Assembly (NCBI GenBank): GCA_963759805.1
Contig: CAVXAT010000002.1
Coordinates: forward strand, 1 to 64,000
DNA: 64,000 nt
Reading direction: 5' to 3'
Source of the DNA: an uncultured bacterium
Lineage (GTDB): Bacteria > Babelota > Babeliae > Babelales > RVW-14
The translations under genes were made by a program, and so were the position numbers. Below are positions 51,102 to 59,564 of the stretch, piece after piece (the stretch's first letter is position 1; the number at the start of each line of letters is the position of its first letter). Under the pieces are notes generated by a model. That model was not told where the DNA came from, searched no databases, and saw nothing but the letters and a program-made list of their open reading frames with translations.

Positions 51102-51153
51102 CAAGCATAACTTTTATGCAAGCATAAGTTTTATGCAAGCATAAGTTTTATGC
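51102..51153. repeat. Three tandem 17-bp self-palindromic units
   Basis: CAAGCATAA(C/G)TTTTATG x3; the last unit overlaps the stop codon of the protease gene. Confidence 0.9.
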
Positions 51154-52764
51154 TAGCCCCTCCAATAATTTAGATTTTTTATAGAAGAAGCGATCTGAAA
51201 GCATCTCTTCATCCTTCAAAAGCTTCTCAATTGAAAGTACCGCACATAATTTATCATCCGTCGTAATAGTTATATAACCACTCTGCTTGCCCTTAAGCAC
51301 AGCAGCTCTAAATTCAGCCAACGTCTTAATCTCTTCCCCATTGATTTCTGTAATTATATCACCCGGACGTAAAATTCTGGTTTTACGCGCCTGAGAATTT
51401 GGCAAAACATGCGAAATAATAACTGCAGGATCGTACTGAATATCAACACGCATGTATTTGACTAAATTCGAAGCGCTGTTAATCAATTTTTGTACGTGAT
51501 TCAATGTCAACTGCATAACAACCATTCCACCTATAACTTCGTAATCAGTCATATCCGGTTCAAATTCAGGATAAACGGCACGAACCTCAGGAATATATTT
51601 GTGTTCAAGCGGAAATGTAAAAACTCTCGCAGCCCCCTTGCGATACATCAGTAATCTTAGATTGTCCCCCACCTTCATTCTATTCAAAAGTTCAAATAAC
51701 GAAACTTTATCTTCACTCCATGGCACATTCATCTCACCATACATATCAACCTTATATCCGTTGATCTCATAAAGCATGTCACCGTCTTTTACGCCAACAC
51801 CACTGAGCAGAGTATTCTCAAAAACTTTAGCAACATACCAGCCACCCTCTTCCGGATTTCCAAGATAATCAACAAGTTCAGGTGTTGAAGCGGTAAACAG
51901 ACATCCAAGCGTTGGACGACGAAGCAATTTAACTTTATATAAATCCTTCAGTGCAGTTTTAACCTCATTAATTGGAACAATATATCCAACATTTTGAGCA
52001 TCTGCAATTATGCAGGTGTTAATACCAATGACTTCACCCTCAACATTAAGAGAAGGCCCACCGGAATTTCCAGGATTGAGCGGAGCGGTTATCTGAATAT
52101 ATCCAAAGTTTCCATGACGCTCACGACCACTAACAATTCCCAACGTACTTTTTAATCTGAATTGAGCCAGAGGATATCCCAGCGCAAGAACCTCTTGTGA
52201 GCGTAAAATTTGATCAGAATCACCAAGAGCCAGATAAGAAATTGTTTTCAATTTTGTCTGTATCTTTTTCTTGGACTCATCTGTTAGCTTTAACAAAGCA
52301 ATATCACGCTCAGGGCTGACACCAACAATTTGAGCATCAAAACGCTCCATTCCAAAAGATGGAATTTGAATTTGAACACTTATGGCCTGAGCAATAACAT
52401 GGTAATTTGTAATCAAATCTCCCTCGGCGTTAATGAAAAAACCACTACCGGCGCCTTCATTCTGGCTGGGAGTTTTGTAGGGCTCCGTCCAGTTAAACTC
52501 AGATGTTTGTGAAAATACCTGTACGACGGTATCCTTCACCTGCTTCTGCACATCAAGCCAAGTTTTTCCCGTCTTTTGCGAAACTACCCTTGAAGGAGTA
52601 ATCTTTGTCTCTTTATTTGCATCTGCTGTTTTTTCTATGTCTACGGCCTGTCGATATTTTCTGAATGCAAGTCTATTCATAAAACTTGTATATAATACAT
52701 AAACCGCAATTACGGCGACAAGTGTCAACAGAATGGACAGCCCACTCTTTTTAAAACTTTGCAT
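51148..52764 (-). CDS. HtrA/Deg-like trypsin protease with PDZ domains
   Basis: GSGF, TNYHV, DIALL, NPGNSGGP; PDZ-like GDIITEING. Confidence 0.9.
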   Translation of the reverse strand: MQSFKKSGLSILLTLVAVIAVYVLYTSFMNRLAFRKYRQAVDIEKTADANKETKITPSRVVSQKTGKTWLDVQKQVKDTVVQVFSQTSEFNWTEPYKTPSQNEGAGSGFFINAEGDLITNYHVIAQAISVQIQIPSFGMERFDAQIVGVSPERDIALLKLTDESKKKIQTKLKTISYLALGDSDQILRSQEVLALGYPLAQFRLKSTLGIVSGRERHGNFGYIQITAPLNPGNSGGPSLNVEGEVIGINTCIIADAQNVGYIVPINEVKTALKDLYKVKLLRRPTLGCLFTASTPELVDYLGNPEEGGWYVAKVFENTLLSGVGVKDGDMLYEINGYKVDMYGEMNVPWSEDKVSLFELLNRMKVGDNLRLLMYRKGAARVFTFPLEHKYIPEVRAVYPEFEPDMTDYEVIGGMVVMQLTLNHVQKLINSASNLVKYMRVDIQYDPAVIISHVLPNSQARKTRILRPGDIITEINGEEIKTLAEFRAAVLKGKQSGYITITTDDKLCAVLSIEKLLKDEEMLSDRFFYKKSKLLEGLA

Positions 52765-52862
52765 TAAAAAAGCCTTTCAATTCTGGAACTAATTCAGCGA
52801 TATTTAATTTATAATTCTAACAAAATGAAAGAAAAACACCACGCTTTGTGGATAAATTTAAG

Positions 52863-53729
52863 TTACTTGTGAAAAATCGATTCCTGTAGGGCATCATGAA
52901 CTTCACACGAACAAGATTCGTGATCCTGAGCTTCATGTCTCTGAAATCTAAATTTTAGATATAGAAAAATTTGGGATATTTTAATAAAAATAGCTTTGCA
53001 CAATGCAAAGGCAATGTAAGCAGCATAAATAAAGAATAAAACCTTTATACATCCAAACACCATTGCAAACGCTACAAAAATAATTCCGGCCAAGGCATAA
53101 AAGCCTTTTCTAATGTGTTTAAATGTTGGAATTCTTACCGAACATATCATCAATCCGGACAGAACAATCATGGCAAAGGCCAAAGCAAACAAAGAAAAAA
53201 GCGATTTAAACGACACTTGATGCATATTCAGAATAAGTGAGGCGAGAAAACAGGCTGCAAATGGGGTTGGAACTCCGATGAAAGACTTTGACTGCTCGTT
53301 ATGCGTTATATTAAATTTTGCAAGGCGTAACAGGCCGCATGCTAGGAAAAGACCACAAATTCCCATACCGATTACACCAAATTTTTTAAGCTGCCAACAG
53401 TAGACCAAAAATGCCGGAGCAAGGCAAAAAGTTATGGCATCGGACAATGAATCAAGTTGTAGGCCAAACTCGCTTGATGAACGAACCCAACGAGCAACCT
53501 GACCATCAAGCGCGTCCATTAAAGCACCAAGAAAAATACAAAATGCCGCTGCAACCCAGGCCTCACGCGCTGCAAAAATTATAGAACAAAAACCAAAAAA
53601 CGAGTTGCCTAACGTGAAAATGTTTGGGATAACACGCAAACCCCTACGAAATGGAATTGGGCGAAAATTGAACCCTTTTCTACCTCTTCCAAATCGATGG
53701 GTACATTTTGATTTAAAATTTAAAGCCAT
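52863..53729 (-). CDS. pssA: CDP-diacylglycerol-serine O-phosphatidyltransferase
   Basis: IPNIFTLGN, DALDGQVAR...G.QLDSLSD, RLAKFN, FIGVPTP. Confidence 0.88.
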   Translation of the reverse strand: MALNFKSKCTHRFGRGRKGFNFRPIPFRRGLRVIPNIFTLGNSFFGFCSIIFAAREAWVAAAFCIFLGALMDALDGQVARWVRSSSEFGLQLDSLSDAITFCLAPAFLVYCWQLKKFGVIGMGICGLFLACGLLRLAKFNITHNEQSKSFIGVPTPFAACFLASLILNMHQVSFKSLFSLFALAFAMIVLSGLMICSVRIPTFKHIRKGFYALAGIIFVAFAMVFGCIKVLFFIYAAYIAFALCKAIFIKISQIFLYLKFRFQRHEAQDHESCSCEVHDALQESIFHK

Positions 53730-53789
53730 AAAACCCCCTTGGTTTTTGTTATCAACTAGAACTCTTCTGTAACTATGCACTTTTTACTA

Positions 53790-53837
53790 GCCCGCTCGTG
53801 GTGAGCTTGTCGAACCATCGCCCTATGGGCGACGGGC
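53790..53837. repeat. REP-like palindrome (empty form)
   Basis: GCCCGCTCGTGGTGAGCTTGTCGAACCATCGCCC-TAT-GGGCGACGGGC. Confidence 0.88.
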
Positions 53838-53859
53838 AAAGTTAGGAAAAAAGTCTCTT

Positions 53860-54498
53860 TCATTTCGCAACAACCACTTGAGCGTACTTAATAACTTTAT
53901 CTTTGAATCGATAACCCTTACTCATCACCTCAATGATCTGCCCTGATTTATGCCCAACTGAATCAATTTGTGCAACAGCTTCGTGAAGTTCCGGGTTAAA
54001 AACTCCAGAAGCAGAGATCTCTTCAACGCCCAACTCTTGCAAAGCTTTTTTAAAATTCTTCTGCACGACAGATAACCCATCAATCCATTGTACAACAGCA
54101 GGCTGGTCACTCACAATTGATGAACTTAGGGCTCTATCCAAATCTTCAATAACAGGAACTAATTTCAAAATTATAGACTCTTGTGCAACGGCAGTCCACT
54201 CTGCCCTTTGTTTCTCAACCCTTCGCTGGTAATTCTGCAAATCGGCAGAGACACGTAAAAATAGATCTTTGTAATTAGGCTGCTCGGCTTTAGATTCGAC
54301 TTTTGGCTCAGTTTTTTGTTCAGTCTTTTCTTGCAATTCAACTTTTTCTTGTTGCACAGCTTGCTCTAGCTGTTCACCCTTTTCTGGTTGCACAACTTGT
54401 TCATGTTTCGAGGCCGCAACAACTGCTGGCTCTGTGTTCACAGATTCAGTTTTCTCAGAATTTGAGTCATTATGCCCGTTTTTACCGCTGTTATCCAT
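53860..54498 (-). CDS. grpE: Nucleotide exchange factor GrpE
   Basis: RVSADLQNYQRR, FNPELHEA, KGY. Confidence 0.94.
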   Translation of the reverse strand: MDNSGKNGHNDSNSEKTESVNTEPAVVAASKHEQVVQPEKGEQLEQAVQQEKVELQEKTEQKTEPKVESKAEQPNYKDLFLRVSADLQNYQRRVEKQRAEWTAVAQESIILKLVPVIEDLDRALSSSIVSDQPAVVQWIDGLSVVQKNFKKALQELGVEEISASGVFNPELHEAVAQIDSVGHKSGQIIEVMSKGYRFKDKVIKYAQVVVAK

Positions 54499-54545
54499 TT
54501 TAACCTGCCCTTTTCAACCTGAAAATCGTATTTTATTATTCCGAA

Positions 54546-54579
54546 TTGTCATCCTGAACTCGTTTCAGGATCCATGGAT
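54546..54579. repeat. REP-like palindrome
   Basis: Identical to 30246-30279. Confidence 0.9.
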
Positions 54580-54921
54580 CCTATGTTTTCCACATATTCT
54601 ATCAATATTAACAGCTTTATTATAAATAAAAACCGCTCAAAAATAAAGAAACCCCCACTTTAAACCAAAAATCAGGTGCACAGTATAATTGTTATAATTT
54701 TTTTTATAATTTTTTTAAAATCGTTTTTTGATAGAAAACTGCAGCTTTTCGCATTTTTTGTTTCAACTATTCCTGATGCAACCATAAAAACTTCAAAACT
54801 TATTACAGCGTGAAAACTTTCTCCCACATGGCCTTTGACGAGCACGTTTTAATGCGCTAAATTACAAATAGATGTAAATTGTTTTTTTACAAAAACGGTT
54901 ATTTATTAATAGGAGGTTATC

Positions 54922-57900
54922 ATGAAAAAGATTTTTCATGTTTTTTCGATGTTACTGTTGTTAGGTTCGTTACAAGTTGATCTTTGCGCAATGCAGGAAC
55001 CAGATGATGCAACGACTCCCGTTGAAATACCAGTAGATCATCCAAATTCCGGCCTGATAAACGGCCAGAGCATCTGTTATCTAAACGCTGTAATTCAATG
55101 TCTTTCAAATCTTAAAACTTTCAGAGAAAAATTGTTAGCCCACGAAGACACTTATCAGAACAATCCTCTTGTTTTAAATTTAATCAGATTATTCAAAGAC
55201 TTAAGAACAACCACAGAACCTGCAATACAAAATGACACCTTGATTGGCCATGTAAAAACGTTAATCACAAATCAATCAGGAAATGCACGAGAACACTTTC
55301 AAGATGCGGATGAAATTCTAACTCTGTTGTTAGGACAAATTAACAAACCAAACAAAATTTCTTTAGAGTTACAACTTGATCAGAAAGTTAAATGCCTTGG
55401 AGCTCATGGTGCAGCCGGTTGTCAGCACGAATCCCCAAAACATGAGACGCATGAAACAATTGCATTACCACTTGATGAAATTGCCACTCAAAATACACTT
55501 CAAGCATTGCTTGAAAGCTTTTTTACATCATCATTCGCACATGATTATGTTTGTGATGGTTGTGGTAAAAAAAATACATCTTTTAAAACTTCTAGAATTT
55601 CAAAAAACCAAGATGAATTAATTATCACGTTAAAAAGATTCAATTCAGATGGGACCAAGATAGATACATCTATTTCATTTCCAATGGAACTCGATTTAAA
55701 GCCTTATTCAACAGATGGGCTAAAACAACAAGCCGGCGTAGATCTTTCATATGAATTAGTTGGTTTTGTTTGTCATGGCGGTAACCATTATATTTCATTT
55801 GTAAGAGATTTTGGAAATGGGGAATGGTACATGTATAACGATTCGGCAGTCAGCGATGAAATAAATTTGCAACTTATACAAGGGATTACCACGACAGGTA
55901 GTTTTTCACTAAATTCTCAAATTTTCACACCATACATTTTGTTTTATCAAAAAAATGGAATCGGGGGGCAAACGCTTGCTCATCCAACAGCACAACAATC
56001 TGTAGATCAAGATGAAGGCGAAGATTGGGATTCATCAGATGGCGAGGATGAACTTCAGCCGCCAACAACTAAAGGCTTTTTTAGCTGGTTTCTTGGATGG
56101 GCTACCGGTAACAACCAAAGAGAAGACGAGCGAAGAAAACAAGAAGAGGTTAAATTGCAAGAAGAGGCGATAAAGAAACGTCAAGAGGAGAAACTAAGGA
56201 TGCGAAGGGAAACTAGACTACAAGAAGAAGTGATAGAAAAACGCCAAAACCTAGGACTCATGAAAGTCGAAGCACTCCCATATTTAAATTCAGTCGTACA
56301 GTGTCTTTCGAATCTTAAAAAATTTAAGACTAAACTATTTGCAAGTGAAAATGATTATAAAGATGATTTTTTAATTCTTAGCCTTATTAATCTTATCAAA
56401 AGACTGAAGAATTCTAGCGAATCATTAGGAAATCAAGATTTTGTAGAGCAAGCAAAGATTTTGGTGCAACAAAGTAAAAATAATGAAGTTGCACTTCAGG
56501 TGGCAGATGAATTTTTAAATTTGTTATTTGATCGTCTGCATACCCAAGACATGGAACCTCTTAATCTCCTAATTAATATAATTACCCAGTGCATAAAAAA
56601 CAAAGATATATCAGGTTGCGAATATTCTTTAGATGAAGATGGAGTTGTGCAACCCAAGACAAGCCTATGTTTTAAAGAATTAAAAAGTGTCCAAGAAATT
56701 TTGGCAAAGCAATTTTCACCTTCTTTTGATAAAGGGTACACCTGCAAATGTTGTCATAAAGCTGGAACTTCTGTTATTACACAGAAATTTTTACGCTGCC
56801 CTTCCGAATTAATAATTTCTTTACAACGATTTGATTCATCTGGAAATAAAGATTTATCGCCAGTTATTTTACCATTGATACTTGATTTGACCCCTTATCT
56901 TAGCCATGAATTACTACAACAAATCGATCAGGCTCCGTATGAATTAGTGGGCATTGTTTGTTGCAATCGAAACTCTCAATATTATTCTTACATGAAAAAT
57001 ATTGCATCAGATAAATGGTTCCGGTACAACGATGAGTCCGTTGTAGAGGTCAGCAATCAAGAAATTAAAACGCTGGCAGATTCCGGAATAGATTCGCAAA
57101 ATTTTGTGCCATACATTTTATTTTATGAATTAAAGGAGTCCGAATGCCATACAAGTGCATCTCAAGCGCAACAAAGTTCAACTGCAACGAAAGATCAAAG
57201 ATCAAACGCTAAAAACACACAAGAAATAATGGCTCAAATGACGAAACTTTGGAATATAAAGAAGCAACAAGAACGGGACCTTAAACGTGCTCAGGGCGTT
57301 GCAAAATCGGCTGATAAAAATCTAGTTAATGCGCAGTTGGATGGAGCCGATTTAACCGATTTGGATTTGAATGGGGCAGATTTAACGGGTGCGTCTTTAA
57401 TCGGTGCAACATTGGTTAGAACAAAATTGAATGGCACAATTTTGGCCAATGCAAAGTTAAATAATGCAATTATTTCGGATGTTCAATTATGCAATGCGAC
57501 ACTAAAAAACACAGATTTGAATAATTCAACAATAACGAATATAACCGCTCATAACATAACTATCTCAGATGGTACAAAATTTGAGAATGCAACAATAAGC
57601 TCGCTAAATCTAAAAAATATCAAACTACAAAATGTGTCTTTTGCAAATGCAACATTAAAAAATATCACATTTTCAACCTCATTAATTGATCATGTAAATA
57701 TGGCACACATACAAGCTGAGGAGTTATATTTAAATGAATCTTCGCTGACAAACATAGATTTCAGCAGGGCTTGCATTGTAGGTCTTGATATAAGCAATGC
57801 AAACATCATAGGAGATTGGTTAAATTTCAGATATGCAACGATAAAAACGGGGTGCATTAGGGGAACAACCACATCTAGAAGACCTAGCCCTGGCGAACGC

Positions 57901-58512
57901 TCAGATGGCATCACAGAAAAAGAAAATACAGGACTAATAATGGATACAGTAGGCGTTTCAACACTTGTGACATCTACAGCTTTTGGTACTGTTACTATTC
58001 CTATTCCGATTGTTGGATCTGCCGCTGGATTTTTCTATGGATTGTTTTTGGTTGGAGTTGAGCTTATCATTCACGATGAATACCTCGACTCAAAAAAAGA
58101 TTTTGGCGCTTCAAATATTAACAGCATTTTGCTCAATTCCGATTTTTATGGAGCATCATTACAAGACGTGATTGTGCAACATGTAAAGCTTGGTAATTGT
58201 ATGAATATTGGAAGAATTAGAAAAGCAGTTGGAACCAATTTTGATAACATTGTAAGTAGCAATCCAAAGGATTTGGACGATTTAAGACACAAGGGCGCTT
58301 GTGTAAATGAAATTCCATCAGACGAATTTAAAGTACTATGGCCTACAAAAGGAAACGATCAGAAAGTTTTTTGGGTCAAGCTACTTGCTGGTGCTGCGCA
58401 TGGAACCCTCTCAGGCACCATATCAAAAGTTGAGACAAATTTACGGGACAAACAACAAGAGGCAAAGTATAAGTCTTTTATATCTGAAGAAATACAAAAA
58501 ACAAGAAAATAA
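54922..58512 (+). CDS. Secreted protein: USP/C19 deubiquitinase domain, degenerate second USP domain, pentapeptide repeats
   Basis: Cys box GLINGQSICYLNAVIQCL, QDADE, LKRF, His box HGGNHYISF..W..YND; a second copy has substitutions at the catalytic positions; A(D/N)Lxx repeats follow. Confidence 0.88.
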   Translation: MKKIFHVFSMLLLLGSLQVDLCAMQEPDDATTPVEIPVDHPNSGLINGQSICYLNAVIQCLSNLKTFREKLLAHEDTYQNNPLVLNLIRLFKDLRTTTEPAIQNDTLIGHVKTLITNQSGNAREHFQDADEILTLLLGQINKPNKISLELQLDQKVKCLGAHGAAGCQHESPKHETHETIALPLDEIATQNTLQALLESFFTSSFAHDYVCDGCGKKNTSFKTSRISKNQDELIITLKRFNSDGTKIDTSISFPMELDLKPYSTDGLKQQAGVDLSYELVGFVCHGGNHYISFVRDFGNGEWYMYNDSAVSDEINLQLIQGITTTGSFSLNSQIFTPYILFYQKNGIGGQTLAHPTAQQSVDQDEGEDWDSSDGEDELQPPTTKGFFSWFLGWATGNNQREDERRKQEEVKLQEEAIKKRQEEKLRMRRETRLQEEVIEKRQNLGLMKVEALPYLNSVVQCLSNLKKFKTKLFASENDYKDDFLILSLINLIKRLKNSSESLGNQDFVEQAKILVQQSKNNEVALQVADEFLNLLFDRLHTQDMEPLNLLINIITQCIKNKDISGCEYSLDEDGVVQPKTSLCFKELKSVQEILAKQFSPSFDKGYTCKCCHKAGTSVITQKFLRCPSELIISLQRFDSSGNKDLSPVILPLILDLTPYLSHELLQQIDQAPYELVGIVCCNRNSQYYSYMKNIASDKWFRYNDESVVEVSNQEIKTLADSGIDSQNFVPYILFYELKESECHTSASQAQQSSTATKDQRSNAKNTQEIMAQMTKLWNIKKQQERDLKRAQGVAKSADKNLVNAQLDGADLTDLDLNGADLTGASLIGATLVRTKLNGTILANAKLNNAIISDVQLCNATLKNTDLNNSTITNITAHNITISDGTKFENATISSLNLKNIKLQNVSFANATLKNITFSTSLIDHVNMAHIQAEELYLNESSLTNIDFSRACIVGLDISNANIIGDWLNFRYATIKTGCIRGTTTSRRPSPGERSDGITEKENTGLIMDTVGVSTLVTSTAFGTVTIPIPIVGSAAGFFYGLFLVGVELIIHDEYLDSKKDFGASNINSILLNSDFYGASLQDVIVQHVKLGNCMNIGRIRKAVGTNFDNIVSSNPKDLDDLRHKGACVNEIPSDEFKVLWPTKGNDQKVFWVKLLAGAAHGTLSGTISKVETNLRDKQQEAKYKSFISEEIQKTRK

Positions 58513-58537
58513 AGAATAATAAAGTTAGGAGGTTATC

Positions 58538-59524
58538 ATGAAATTCAAAAATGTTTTTTCACTCATTTTAATTTTAAACGCTGCAAACTTATTTGCATAT
58601 GACCAACAAACATATAAAGAACTGCTTGCTGGTGGCAAAAGGTTTGCAAATGCAGACTTGTCAAAAGCAAAAATCGAAAATATGGATTTATCAGATGTTA
58701 CTTTTGTGAATGTAAATTTAACTGATGCATGCTTTCATAATTCGATGCTTACAAATGTCACATTTGATTCATGTAATTTATCGGGTTCTATATTTTATGA
58801 TATGGTATTTAATAATTCCAAAATTTTAAACAAATCTAATTTGGCACATTCTATTTTTGAAAAGGTAATTTTTGATAGCTCAGAAATAAATAATTCATCA
58901 ATGGCTCATGTCAAATTGTCAGAAACTGATCTTGTGGCAGCTAGAATTTACAATGTTGACATGTACAACACCAAGCTTGAGTCTGTAAATTTTTCTGCGT
59001 GTACCCTGGAGCATATAAATTTCAGGGCAGCCAAACTCGAATTGGTAAGAATCTACGAAACAACTCAGATTGGTACTGATCTGATCTTTGATCAAGCAAC
59101 TCTTTCACAGTGCTGTTTCCTAGGCCAAAAGGAACGCAGTTCAGTTATAGGGGGCGACTTTTTTGGCACGACTATTATGCATAGCTACTTTGTAAATCTA
59201 AATTTTGATAACTGTACACGCTTAGATCAAGTTGGCGATGCAACAAAAAGTTTATTCGACAATATTTCCTCTATTAGTCCAAATGACCTAAGAATATTTG
59301 CTGAAAGGCTGAAATTTAAAGAGGCAAAAGTCAATGGCGAATGGACTAAAGACAAAGACTATTGGAGTAAATTTGAATCTCATTATTGCAAGCAATTTTT
59401 TGCGGCATTGTGGCCATCAGTAGCTTATTTAGGTACTTTCGCCTTTGTTGGATTGGTTTGTCCAGCTGCTGCACCTATAGCAGCATCTGCAGTATCTGGA
59501 GGAGTATCTGCAGTAGTTAACTAA
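58538..59524 (+). CDS. Secreted pentapeptide-repeat protein with C-terminal hydrophobic segment
   Basis: Signal peptide; FANADLSKAKI-type repeats; C-terminus similar to that of the upstream gene. Confidence 0.85.
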   Translation: MKFKNVFSLILILNAANLFAYDQQTYKELLAGGKRFANADLSKAKIENMDLSDVTFVNVNLTDACFHNSMLTNVTFDSCNLSGSIFYDMVFNNSKILNKSNLAHSIFEKVIFDSSEINNSSMAHVKLSETDLVAARIYNVDMYNTKLESVNFSACTLEHINFRAAKLELVRIYETTQIGTDLIFDQATLSQCCFLGQKERSSVIGGDFFGTTIMHSYFVNLNFDNCTRLDQVGDATKSLFDNISSISPNDLRIFAERLKFKEAKVNGEWTKDKDYWSKFESHYCKQFFAALWPSVAYLGTFAFVGLVCPAAAPIAASAVSGGVSAVVN

Positions 59525-59564
59525 CTATATTAAATTTAGAATACTGAAAAATTTGGAGGTTATC

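Noticed and set aside
51102..51153. Mini-CRISPR array
   Set aside because: Units are 17 bp and directly abutting, with no spacers and no cas genes.
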